Source of the DNA: Chiloscyllium plagiosum
Lineage: Eukaryota
Direction of reading: 5' to 3'
Length of the DNA stretch: 44,839 nucleotides
NCBI RefSeq assembly: GCF_004010195.1
Contig: NC_057752.1
Location: forward strand, 9,128,503-9,173,341
The position numbers and the translations under genes are program-made. Below the pieces are notes generated by a model. It saw nothing but the letters and a program-made list of their open reading frames with translations. It made no database searches and was not told the origin of the DNA. Shown here in pieces: positions 25,801-35,260 of the stretch. Positions within the stretch are counted from its first letter, which is position 1, and each line of letters opens with the position of its first letter.

Positions 25801-28800
25801 ATTCTACAATAAAGCTGATTTTCAAAAGGCACTGGGAAATCTTGAGAAGAAGCTGCCTTGAAGTCAGTTAACAGTGACAATGGGCTAGTGAAAACATCTG
25901 AAGCAATTTGCCTCATACGTACACACATAATTTATTTACAGAATATTACAAAAATAGATTCTGGACCGTTTTTATACGAAATTTACAACTCATACTCTTA
26001 AACACAATGAAACTAAAATGCATCAATGCTGAGGAGAGGCCGAGGCATCAAAAACAATAGCCTTATTAGTTCTACTTAAGTGTCTGGTTCCAAAAGGAGA
26101 AAGTCATCCTTGTCTCACAGCACAATGGTTACTTTGCATAGGTCAGAATACAGGACACAGTTTCAGGAAAGATAAAACAACAAAAAAAATCACATCAGGG
26201 CCGCTGGATTCAGTATTATTCTGAACTACTCTAAAAGGTAAAGTTGCCACAGTCCTGCTCTCTTATTAGAGAAAGACAACTGGAGATGGTTTAACCTAAG
26301 GGTCTCTTGTGCCTCAGGCAAGGGAGATGGATGAGAAGTAGAGTCCTTCATGGTAACCTCAGCCACTGTGGAAATTGAACCCATACTGTTGGCATCACTC
26401 TGTATCACAAACCAGCTGTCCAGTTAACTAAGCTAACCAACGCCTTCTCCATTATTATTCAGCACTAAAAACATAGAAAGCCCATTACTTCTCTCTGTGT
26501 GCAATTTTGGGATGCACATAGGCAGCTTTGTTGGAGGACAGAGAATTCAGTGGGTTGTAGGGAAGAGGTTATAGAGCTCAGGAGGGATGAGGCCCTGCGA
26601 GGAGTTGAACATATGGATTTGAGGTGTTCCTGGACTGGAATCCAATAATTTGGCAAGGACAGGGATGCTGGTGTAGAGGGTGGAGCAAATTAGAATATGG
26701 GGAGCAGAGCTTTGGATGAGCTCAAGTTTCAGGAGGCAATCAGGAGAACATTGGAACAGTTGATTCTGAAAGTAGCAATGATATGGATGAGGGTTTCAGC
26801 AGCAGATGTGCTAAGGCAAGGGTAGAGATGGGCAATGTGACAGGAGGTGGAAGTAGGTGGTCAGAGAGGATAAAGGGGTGAAAGCTCAGCTCCAGGTTAA
26901 ATTCAGCAGCTAGAGTGTGAACAATCAGATTCAGCCTCAGACTGTGGGCTACAGAATCACGAAATATCTGTCAATTCCCGGAATCCAACTATACAGCTAA
27001 GGACAGTGGCTCTCCACAGTTACAAAATCTGACTTGTTCACTCCAAATCTGGATCACTGGCCACACAGATTGATTATCAACCAGTAAATCCTCTATTATA
27101 CCGATGGCAGCAGTAAGTAAATGTGGGAGAGTCCCCTGACCAGCTGTGCCTGTTGTGAAATGGGGTACCTCACGCTATAACCTCCTGTGACAGGCTAGTG
27201 AGCTGTTCCAGGAAGAACCAACAGATGTTTTGCCTGTCTCTAGCCTCTCTGGGTATAGAAGGGGTAAAAAAGGATTAAAAAAAGTTGTGTGAAACAGCTC
27301 ACATTATGCTTTCCCATCATAATACAACATCAAATTTGGTTGCCACCTCAATGTTTTAACAGACAAGTGAAACATTGGGAAAAATTCCAGGGTCCAGGCT
27401 TCAGCCGACTCTTGCTGCTACTTTTTAAGTTCTTACAATTGCTGTTTGGTTAAATATTAAATGTTGCACTCCATTAGGAACTCCCAAATGTTTTCCACAA
27501 ATATTGTTGATGGGAGTTTTCCAATTGCCAAGAAGAACTCTGCTATCCCAGCTTCATTTCCAGAGACTCCGAAATTAATGACAGTGGACAGGTAAGACGT
27601 CCATTTTGTTGCTTGTTTTCTTGTTCAGTCTTTCTTGGATCCATTTCTTCATCTCATGGTCTAAAGGAACTAAGAGTGTTAATGAACTCCTAGGCTTATC
27701 CAGACAGCAGCTTGCAGTGCTAGAGTTCTGATATTCCAGAGTTTTACTTTCCCTTTATCCTGCTTCAACCAGCCACATCAAGTTTTGAGCATGGCAGTAG
27801 TCTGAAGGAATATAGATTAGGTAGCCCAGGGCAATGTGTATGGCAATGGTCTGAAGGATGTACATGGCACTAAGTGTCTTTTGCTTAGGTTAGCACATAC
27901 AAAACTATGAGCAGAATTTTAACTGGCCACAGGAGATAAGAAAAGAGGTGTGAGGGATTGAAAATGAGGTGGCTTGGCATTGGGAAAATTACCTGATTTT
28001 TCTTTTTGTGTCCTTATCAATTTCCTTTGTTTTGTATCAATTTTCTCTCTTCCTCTACAACAATCAGTGATGCCAGCAGAATTAGTTATATCAATTGAGA
28101 TTAAGTATTTGCAAGTGAAGGGCATTTATTGGATGGTTATTTGAGCACACTAGGAGGGTTTGTAGGAGGCCACCTGGTTAAGGCGATGGATTAGAAATCT
28201 GTCGGGGTTTCTCCACAAACATTTGAGTTCTACTGATTACAGTTCGATGCGTTGCTGTTTTACCCTCTTGTGGTGCATTGGTAATGTCCCTACCTCTGAA
28301 CCAGGTAGCTAGGTTCAAGTCCTACCTGCTGCAGAGGTGTGAAAGAACATCTCTGAAAAGGTTGATTAGAAAAATAGTTTTTTTGAATACATTTAAGCCC
28401 TTAATGGGCTTTTCATGTAAATTAATCAATTGGAGAACACGGATGATTTGCTGGTGGTGGTTAATAGGTGAAAAAAATACTGTGAGTGATTTGGTGATAG
28501 GGAAAAAAAAATGTTTGAGCACATATGGCTTATTGGATGTGTCTGCATTTGGCATGGTTTATTAGGGGCTCTTGTGTTTGTTATGGACCAGACCAAACCC
28601 CCTCAAAATATGTTAAGAATATAGTCTAGATGCTAACCTTTTCTTATTTTAAAGGTAAGTGTAAGGCGTTGTGTTCCAGATGCAATCCAATTGGTCAAAC
28701 CACTCGACTTTAAGCAAATGCACTTCTTTTTATACGACTGTTAAAATACAGACAAAATAAAAATAAAAGAATTGGCATAACTGTAACTCCATCGAAATGC

Positions 28801-31800
28801 TTAATCAAATAATATGTGTATTAACTATTACTAATTAAATGTTCCAGTATAGTAACATCCCATAAACACACCCTTGGCAAAGGCAAATTCAGTAAAACAG
28901 ATTCTCTCACATGCAATTCCAGCAACAGGAAGAGAACCCCAGCTTATTGCTGTAACAGAGACACCAGCAACTGCAGAAAGCTAAAAACTAAAACTCCTGG
29001 CTCTGTGGGAGCTTGACCTCACACATTAAGGCAGTTTCTATTGTTCCAACTTTAAAACAAAAACCAAGGCCTCACAAATTGTTTATTGACTTTGAGCAGA
29101 CTACTTGGTATCTCTGTCTCAACCTTTTGTTATATAAAAAAAATTAGGACAAAATACTCCTTTTAAAGCCATAGTGTTGTCACATGCTGCAGTGGTAATA
29201 TCTCTACCCCTAAACCAGAAGGTGTGGGTTAAAGTCCCACTTGCTCCAGGGAATGTGTAATTACATCTCTGAACAGGCTGATTAGAGAATATCTTGAGTG
29301 AATATCAAGAGACACTTGCTGACACAGGAATAGAGTGGAGTCAGGAGATAGTAAGGACTGCAGATGCTGGAGATCTGAGTCGAGAGTGAGGTGCTGAAAA
29401 AGCCCAGCAAGTCAGGCAGCATCCGAGGAGCAGGAGGATCAACGTTTCGGGCAAGAGCCATTCATCAGGAATGAGCATTTCTCATCTTGATGAAGGCCCC
29501 TTGCCCAAAACGTCAATTCTCCTGCTCCTCAGATGCTGCCTGACCTGCTGTGTTTCCAGCAACACGCTCTCGATTGGAGTCAGGAGATATATACCAGCAA
29601 TGTTTTACTCTGAGTACATCTTTCCAGAAGGCTGGCTCTTGGTTCTTTCTTCACCAGCTGGCTATGAGCAGTATAGCTCCCACAGCAATCTTCTAATGCC
29701 TCACACAAGTAGCTTGGTGAATGAAGCCAAGATATTGGGAAAGGTATATTTGTAAAACACTTGAGGAAAGCCTGCACTTGAGCTTTACACCTCATTTACA
29801 AGTATTTGGACAAGTAGGTGGTGTCTGCCATGATTTCACAGATAGTGGTCCTGTGGTAAGACCCAGGAATTGGCAAGCTGGAGTAGCACTGGATGATTGG
29901 AGGGAGGCAAATGTTGCTTCTCTGTTCAAGAAAGGGAATAGGGAAATCCCTGGGAATTACAGATCAGTCAGTCTTACGTCTGTGGTAAGCTAAGTACCGG
30001 AAAGGATTCTGAGAGATAGGATTTATGACTATTTAGAAAAACATAGTTTGATTAAAGATAGCTCTGTGGGGGGCAGGTCATGCCTCACAGGCCTTATTGA
30101 GTTCTTTGAGGATCTGACGAGACAAATTGACGATGTGGATGTGATGTATATGGATTCCAGTAAGGCATTTGATAAAGTTCCCCACAGTAGGCTCATTCAG
30201 AAGTTTAGGTGGTATGGGATTCAGGGAAATTTGGCTGTCTGGATACAGAATTGGCTGTCCGAAAGAAGACAGCGAGTGATAGTCAATGGAAAGTATTCTG
30301 CCTGGAGGTTGTTGACCAGTGGTGTCCCTCAGGGATCTGTTCTTGGGCCTCTGCTCTTTGTAGTTTTTATAACTGACTTGGATGAAGAAGTAGAAGGGTG
30401 GGTTAGTAAGTGTGTCGATGACACAAAGGTTGTTGGTGTCGTAGATAGTGTCAAGGGCTGTTGCAGGTGACAACAAGACATTGACAGGTTGCAGAGGTGA
30501 TATGAGAAGTGGCAGATGGGGTTCAACATGGAAAACTGCAAATTGATATATTTTGGAAGATTGAATTTGATTGCTGAATACTGTACAGGGTTAAAGGCAG
30601 GATTGTTGGCAGTGTGGAGTAACAGCAGGATCTTGGGGTCCACGTACATAGATCCCTCAAAGTTGCCACCCAGGTCGATAGGGATGTTAAGAAGGCATGT
30701 GGTGTTTTGGCCTTCATTAACAGGGGGATTCAGTTTAAGAGCTGTGAGGTTTTGCTGCAGTTCTATAAAACCCTGGTTAGACCACACTTGGAATATTGTG
30801 TCCAGTTTGCCTCATTGTAGGAAGGATGTAGATGATTTAGAGAGGGTGCAGAGGAGATTTACCAGGATGCTGCCTGGATTGGAGGGCATGTCTTATGAAG
30901 AGAGGTTGAGTGAGCTAGGGCTTTTTATACTAGAGAGAAGAAGGAAGAGAGGTGATTTGATCGCGGTGTACAAGGTAATGGGAGGCATAGATAGAGTAGA
31001 TAGCAGAGACTTTTCCCCAGGGCAGAAATGGCTGTCACAAGGGGTCATAATTTTAAGGTGATTGGAGGAAGGTTTCAGGGAGATGCCAGAAGTAGGTTCT
31101 TTATGCAGAGAGTGGTGGGTGTGTGGAATGCACTGCCAGCAGTGGTGGTAGTCAAGTCAGAGACATTAGAGACATTTAAGCGACTGCTGGATAAGCACAT
31201 GGACGGCAGTAAATTGAGGGGTGTGTAGGTTAAGTTGATCTCTATCAAGATAAATGCTCGGCACAATATCGTGGGCCAAAGGCCCTGTACTGTGCTATAC
31301 TGTTCTATGCTCTATGGAGTAGTGGTATGGGGACAGGGGTGACTGCAACAACCATAGAGCATGGGGGTCATTTTGGCATCTTGTGGTTCCACAGAAATGT
31401 TGAATCAAATAGTTTTTTGGCAATCATTTTTAGACTGCAGCAACTGTTTAAGAATTCTGAGTGAACTTCAAAATGGCAAGGTACACCTAAATGTGTATGT
31501 CTCCCCTACCTGCTCCCCATTTCTGACAGATATTTATATGCCTTAACCGTCAGTGTCGCAGCCATATATTTATGGAGGAGATGAAAATGCTCTTGAAAGG
31601 AAGGTAACTGTCTTGATCTGAAAGTATTTCAATCATTAGCCCTTTAAAATTGAAAAGGGGGTGTAGCTGTCAATGAAAATGGAAAAAGAAATCTGTATCG
31701 CTTTGATTTACAGGCCAAGAGGTGTAGAAGCTATACTAATAGTTTCAATGGTTGTTTGTTAACATTTCCTAAGGATCCTTTATGAATGCTTAGCTGATTT

Positions 31801-33567
31801 CTATAATTACAAATGTATCAGCAAGAGGATTCTAACTTTGATCGACAGATTTTAGAGTTGTATTTGATGTGGGGTTGTCGTTATGAGATTAGACAATTGA
31901 GATTTTAAAAAAGTTTTGAATGGGTTTTCATGTAAGAAAATACTTTTTAACTATCAAGTCAGTAAATTGAGAGCTATATTAAACTTTTCGAACTTCATCC
32001 TCAAATGGCTCCTAAAGTGTGCTCATGGTACTGACTGGGTGAATTGGCATGGGGGTATAAAGGGGTGTGGGTGAGATGAGTATCCATGGTTCTGTAAAGA
32101 GTCATGGAGGGCAGGTGTGAGAACTAGCTGATATGAAGGTATAAAGGGCTATAGATGTATGTTGGGGGGGATTGCCATGGTAAGGGAATTTAAGGAACTG
32201 TGGGGTGTGGGGTGGAGGTCTTGGAGAATATGAGTTTGCGTGGAAGGTACAAGCGGCCATGGAGGCACTTCAAAGAAGGTTCACTAGAATGATTGCTGGT
32301 ATGAAGGGATTGTCTTAAACAGGTTGGGACTCTACTCACTGGAATTTAGAAGAATGAGAGGTGATCTCATTGAGATATATAGGATTCTTAAAGGATGTGA
32401 CAGGGTAAATGCTGAGAGGATGTTTCCCCTCATGGGAGAGTCTAGGACCAGAGGGGCATAGCCTCAAAATAAGGGGACTCTAATTTAAGACTGAGATGAG
32501 GAGGAATTTCTTCTCTTGGAGGGTTGTGTGTCTTTGGAGCTTGCCACAGAGAGCTGTTGGGGCAGGGTTCTTGAGTATATTTAAGGCTGATATACATAGA
32601 TTCTTGATCATTCGGGGAATGAAGAGTTATGGCGAAATGCAGAAAAGTGGATATGAGGAATATCGGATCAGCCGTGATCCTACTGAAGGGCAGAGCAGTC
32701 TCGAGGGGTCGAATGGCCTACTCCTGTTCCAATTTCTCATGGTCTATTGCCTTATGATATAAGCAGTGGAGAGAGGGTGTGGGCATGTAAGGGGTGAGGC
32801 TCTATAGAGGGCCTAAAATAGACCCAGAGAAGCTTCTAGAGCCTTCTATTGAGTCCACCTTAGCACTTGGCTGGCTTCGTGACCACTTGCATTCTGCTAC
32901 CAGAGTCTGTGTCCCTGACTTTATTGCAACAGACATAAAGATTGATTCATTTCCAGTGTTGTTAGCCATACCATCTTTGTTGCAACAATCTGGGCCTAAT
33001 GCTCTCATTTACACATGGGAGGAGCTAATAGCCGATTTTAGGCAGTTGCCAGGGTTCCATAAAATTAGCACGACCAAGCAGGTCTTTCAGGTGCTATTGG
33101 GATGCAGGAAGTTGTTGCATCCATTTTATGTCCATAAACCCGGCGCACAAGGTCCAATTTACCCTCTGACCTTGAGTGGACTAATTGGCAATGGGGAAAT
33201 AGGGTTAGTAATCTCAACACCTCTTTAACCTTCTGAGTGTCAGTTTGGTGCAGTATCATATGTAGTGGTGTGATCACCAACTAAGTCATCACGGATCTCT
33301 TCATTTTGTAACTGGAACCACTTCAATATCCTTAAAAATGTATAAATACTCAATTATTTTTCTCCAGTAGTTTTGCATAAATGTGTTTCATAAATATTTT
33401 ACTTTACCAGAAAGAATTCTTTCAGAGAGATGTTGACAAAAACGCAGATAAGTATTGTTGGAGAAAGCTTGCAGACACCAATGAAGAGACTTTCCATTCC
33501 ATCTGAATCACAAGTTTTCAGTCAAAAATGTGACCTTAATCCTTGCTACATCTACAAACAAGTTTAA
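1649..33567 (+). CDS. FAM186: FAM186A/B-family protein, spliced model join(1649..1859,6677..6871,12030..13941,16041..16230,16792..16967,27478..27591,33411..33567); 5'-partial
   Basis: All introns are GT-AG with matching phases (0|1,1|1,1|2,2|0,0|2,2|2,2|stop). Total 2955 nt = 985 codons. The N-terminal ([14 protein letters not shown]...[22 protein letters not shown]) and C-terminal ([31 protein letters not shown]) blocks resemble human FAM186A/B as recalled. Paralog identity is unresolved. Confidence 0.85.
2770..3140 (-). mobile_element. tRNA-derived SINE, degenerate
   Basis: Minus-strand A/B-box-like head (cagtggtagtg...ggttcaaatcc) near 3055-3130; a related tail fragment lies at 752-810. 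Confidence 0.55.
3870..5975 (+). mobile_element. Two old CR1 LINE 3' fragments, with a young CR1 3' end nested at about 4940-5108
   Basis: RT motifs (LYRA.V...[15 protein letters not shown]) and CR1 3'UTR gaatggc...tggcctactc; the nested piece ends in a ctatgact tail. Confidence 0.8.
5975..6175 (-). mobile_element. Deu-domain SINE 3' part
   Basis: Reverse-complement similarity to 1225-1450 (gaagtactttt...tgtagtcact). Confidence 0.55.
6320..6530. repeat. Degenerate tandem repeat, about 66-bp unit x3
   Basis: Recurring gtgtttgatg.gacagtgtag...tctgtat.taacc..tgctgt. Confidence 0.75.
6677..6871 (+). CDS. FAM186: FAM186-like exon (QTLIDEED...[14 protein letters not shown]...KPKSA)
   Basis: ttttgcag acceptor; gtacat donor at 6872; 195 nt, phase 1 to 1; the EWIE motif resembles recalled FAM186B DEWIEV. 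Confidence 0.85.
7098..7495 (-). mobile_element. Young HER1-like CR1 3' fragment
   Basis: Encodes [16 protein letters not shown]...[13 protein letters not shown]; has a (ctatgact)n tail. Confidence 0.9.
7745..8325 (-). mobile_element. Possible decayed Gypsy LTR-retrotransposon integrase C-terminus and polypurine tract
   Basis: Weak minus-strand motifs (..PL....[19 protein letters not shown]) followed by a G-rich run and TGT. Confidence 0.3.
9590..9900 (-). mobile_element. Deu-domain SINE, degenerate
   Basis: Reverse-complement similarity to 14110-14500. Confidence 0.5.
9940..10270 (+). mobile_element. Rex1/Babar-type non-LTR 3' end or derived SINE
   Basis: cactgtact...gtacacatgacaataaa followed by a (tattc)n tail; the same terminus occurs at 42771-42825 on the minus strand. 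Confidence 0.55.
10515..10700 (+). mobile_element. CR1 LINE 3' end
   Basis: gtggaggcc...aagacagagatagatag...gaatggcctaattctgctcct. Confidence 0.7.
11361..11575. mobile_element. Palindromic PLE terminal-repeat module with a hammerhead core
   Basis: Inverted arms span 11366-11527; the minus strand reads CTGAGGA-G-GGGTC-ACTA-GATCC-GAAAC at 11452-11426. Confidence 0.75.
12030..13941 (+). CDS. FAM186: FAM186-like large central exon (1912 nt)
   Basis: 641-aa open frame; tgtttgcag acceptor; gtagat donor at 13942; phase 1 to 2; K/E/Q-rich middle flanked by FAM186-like blocks. Confidence 0.92.
14110..14500 (+). mobile_element. Deu-domain SINE with tRNA-like head
   Basis: Head cctctaagtcagaaggttgtg...; Deu block cctggccaacattccaccctcaactaac...aaaatggctgctgtg. 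Confidence 0.6.
16041..16230 (+). CDS. FAM186: FAM186-like exon (NYLNSRIS...RMTDLFNQ)
   Basis: cttcctttctcctttaag acceptor; gtgtgt donor at 16231; phase 2 to 0; the LY..F...W..RQ pattern of the FAM186 C-terminal domain. Confidence 0.88.
16792..16967 (+). CDS. FAM186: FAM186-like exon ([12 protein letters not shown]...AFLRMR)
   Basis: ttctttttgaag acceptor; gtatga donor at 16968; phase 0 to 2; parallels recalled FAM186B LQLEWNVHLNIP...LQMAR. Confidence 0.75.
18774..18889. mobile_element. Solo PLE terminal-repeat module (hammerhead truncated) with TSD
   Basis: Direct repeat cctgggatgg at 18764-18773 and 18890-18899. Confidence 0.75.
19137..20020 (-). mobile_element. Young HER1-like CR1 3' portion spanning the assembly gap
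   Basis: 166-aa RT C-terminal ORF; colinear with 37250-38515. Confidence 0.92.
19864..19957. other. Assembly gap (94 N)
   Basis: Run of N. Confidence 0.99.
20267..20581 (-). mobile_element. HE1-type V-SINE, full length and young
   Basis: Minus strand gggcggcacggtggcacagtggttagc (A box), ggttcaattcc (B box), V-domain tgtgtggagtttgcacgttctccccgtgtctgcgtgggtttcctccggg, (aatct)n tail; CpGs retained. Confidence 0.92.
20990..21365 (+). mobile_element. Old CR1 3' fragments
   Basis: gcagaggaagctga.gagga.catgattgagatgtataaaattatgaggg plus 3'UTR motifs. Confidence 0.65.
21865..22620 (-). mobile_element. Old CR1 LINE 3' fragment
   Basis: Reverse-complement CR1 3'UTR (taggagcagaactaggccattcagccc) and RT remnants. 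Confidence 0.8.
22936..23069 (-). mobile_element. Solo PLE terminal-repeat module with hammerhead core, inserted in the JRK-like fossil
   Basis: Minus strand CTGATGA-A-GGGC-TCCT-GCCC-GAAAC-ATT; flanked by a tgtatt direct repeat. Confidence 0.8.
24289..24490 (+). mobile_element. tRNA-derived SINE splitting the JRK-like N-terminus
   Basis: Head ttggttagctca..ggttgg...ttaattccc; tail ctatggtgactttacc; a second copy lies at 26232-26442 on the minus strand. Confidence 0.7.
24740..25588 (+). mobile_element. CR1 LINE 3' portion
   Basis: [22 protein letters not shown] and FTQRVVHVW motifs; (ctatga)n tail. Confidence 0.9.
26232..26442 (-). mobile_element. tRNA-derived SINE, same family as 24289-24490
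   Basis: Reverse-complement similarity to 24289-24490. Confidence 0.7.
26470..26945 (-). mobile_element. L2 LINE RT C-terminal fragment
   Basis: Minus-strand remnants [19 protein letters not shown]...CSN.LL...KLELIQ.SA...WIPV. Confidence 0.7.
27478..27591 (+). CDS. FAM186: FAM186-like exon ([37 protein letters not shown]), absent from the ORF track
   Basis: ccattag acceptor; gtaaga donor at 27592; phase 2 to 2; parallels recalled FAM186B SSYAIEKKTP...PDIPRLLTLD. Confidence 0.75.
28162..28241 (+). pseudogene. tRNA-Ser(AGA) pseudogene
   Basis: gtagg-aggccacctggttaaggcgatggattagaaatctgtcggggtttctcc...tactgattaca aligns with the vertebrate tRNA-Ser(AGA) sequence; anticodon at 28193-28195; T-arm and B box decayed. 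Confidence 0.8.
28263..28376 (+). mobile_element. Short (about 115 bp) tRNA-derived SINE-like unit
   Basis: A-box-like tggtgcattgg, B box ggttcaagtcc, end ggttgattagaaaa; other copies at about 8585, 18035, 28565/29185 and 34468-35135. Confidence 0.7.
28579..29184. mobile_element. Probable solo LTR (606 bp)
   Basis: TG...CA termini; imperfect 4-bp TSD tgtt/tgct; splits a SINE unit (ggggctcttg|...|gcagtggt). Confidence 0.65.
29351..29574. mobile_element. Palindromic PLE module with two opposed hammerhead cores
   Basis: Inverted arms span 29380-29573; 15-bp direct repeat tggagtcaggagata at 29336-29350 and 29575-29589. Confidence 0.85.
29880..31315 (+). mobile_element. CR1 LINE RT and 3' end, frameshifted
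   Basis: DWREANV..LFKKG...[31 protein letters not shown] and DDTK motifs. Confidence 0.92.
32265..32745 (+). mobile_element. CR1 LINE 3' fragment
   Basis: agaagaatgagaggtgatctcattga...gaatggcctactcctgttcc. Confidence 0.85.
33411..33567 (+). CDS. FAM186: Probable last coding exon ([12 protein letters not shown]...YKQV*)
   Basis: ttttactttaccag acceptor; open in the required phase 2; TAA at 33565-33567; AATAAA at 33673-33678. Homology support is weak. Confidence 0.55.
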
Positions 33568-33672
33568 TTTCTTTCAGCAGAGGTAAAGAGTTTGTTGCAA
33601 TAACAGTTGTTGTGCCTCCCAAATGCTGTACTTCACATTCCATTTTTGTTTTTGTAACTCTTTTTTTGCTTC

Positions 33673-33678
33673 AATAAA
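33673..33678 (+). promoter_or_regulatory. Candidate polyadenylation signal
   Basis: AATAAA about 105 nt after the predicted stop. Confidence 0.35.
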
Positions 33679-34467
33679 ATATAAACAACACTTACAGATT
33701 TTGATCCTTTACTTCAGCACTTTCCTTGAACTGGAGGCAGGGACAGTTTTCAGTTTTGTCTTTGTGATGACTAGTGGGTACAAGCATCTGCTGTACCAAA
33801 GCCTGAATTTGACACGATCCTTATGATTGAGCCTGTTTTGCAATCTTTCCAGATTTTCAAATGTTACTTTAGTGTTTTTTTGTTTCTAATTTTTCTGCTT
33901 ATCTCAGAAAAGGATGTCATTCCTGGGTGACCGAAGCCTTTAGTCACCCACTGCAATCATTCTGCATTTTCAGCTGTTTTACACAGTTCCAATAATGTGC
34001 AGCAGTCTCAACGCCAGGCTCTCATCCTGCACCAAGACCCATAGTGATACTGTATATGTAATCCTCTTAAAGCTGAATCATGAATAGTTGGGTTTGGGTG
34101 TATGACCTCCGAGGAAGTGGGTTGAAATACTAGCAGGCAAGCAGTACTGATTGTAATAGTCCACAGCCATTCCTGCTTCCAGTACGTTCATGTGGTCATC
34201 GTTGGGTTGATGAAGTTAGTGAAGAAAATACACCCTCTCCCTCTCTCCCTATTTCAACCCTCACCTTTGGTGGTCTGTATTGCCCTTGATGGGTCGAAAA
34301 GTGTGGCACTGGAAAAACGCACTTCACACGTAAATTAATCAATTGGAAAACAGGGATGATTTACTGGTGGTGGTCATTAGATGAAAAAATACCATGGGTG
34401 ATTAGTTGATAGGAAAAAACTGTTCAGTTGTGTGTAAGAGCACTTCTGGACATAACAGAAAGCACAC

Positions 34468-35135
34468 AGGGAGTGTCTTGTGGCGCAGTGCTAGTGTCCA
34501 TACTTCCGGGCAAGGAGGCCTGTATTCAAGTCCCAAATGCTCCAGGGGGGGTTGTCACATGTCTGGACAGGTTGATTAACAAAAAAAATTCTATAACCTT
34601 GGGGCTCTTGTGGTGCAGTGGTAGTGATCCTACCTCTGGAACAAAAGTCCTGAGTTCAACTCCCATCTGCTTTCACAGGTGTCTGATAACATGTCTGAAC
34701 AAGCTGATTAGGAAATATGTGGAGCTGTGGTTAGTAGGAGAGCTCTTGTAGTGCAGTGGTAGAGTTCTTATCTCTGGACCAGAAGGTCTGGGTTCAAATC
34801 CAACCAGTCCTGGTTTGTTGTAACACAGGTTGCTTAAAAAAATTTATAAAGTGAGTGAGGATACACTAATTCAACTGGGCAATAAACATAATATAAGTGA
34901 GTCAATAGCAGCTCTTGTGGCACAGGTTGACTAAAAATAACATAGTAGACTGAACTAAAATACCCAAGTTCTACTGGGAATATCCTGAGGGAATCTCTTG
35001 AATAGCCGCTGTAATACAAAAAAAACATAGTGCAATAGTAGTTTCATGACCTCTGGGCCAGAAGGCTGATGTTCAAATCCCACTTACTCTAGAAGTATGT
35101 CATAACATCTCTGAACAGGTTGATTAGAAAATATC
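34468..35135 (+). repeat. Tandem cluster of about 5 short tRNA-derived units
   Basis: Units start near 34468, 34601, 34739, 34910 (partial) and 35028; most carry gtgcagtgg / gttcaa.tcc / ggttgattag. Confidence 0.75.
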
Positions 35136-35231
35136 TAAAGTGAGTAAGCGTCCCTTTAAATGGCTGTTATGTTTTAATTAAAAATCATACAACACCAGGT
35201 TATAATCCAACAGGTTTAATTGGAAACACAC

Positions 35232-35260
35232 TAGCTTTCGGAGCGTCACTCTTTCATCAG
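35232..35260 (-). ncRNA. Minimal type I hammerhead ribozyme motif
   Basis: cac-CTGATGA-A-AGAGT-gac-GCTCC-GAAA-GCTA-gtg. Confidence 0.7.

Noticed and set aside
28418..28520. Spacer as a C/D box snoRNA
   Set aside because: No proper RTGATGA/CTGA pair with a terminal stem.
31434..31480. AG/GT-bounded 47-nt candidate exon
   Set aside because: In the required phase it stops after about 10 codons, and it has no homology support.
32794..33228. 144-aa plus-strand ORF
   Set aside because: GTG start, no splice support or recognisable domain, and it lies in repeat-like sequence.
34468..35135. CRISPR-like array or functional tRNA cluster
   Set aside because: Eukaryotic context, long divergent units, no cas genes and no complete cloverleaf.
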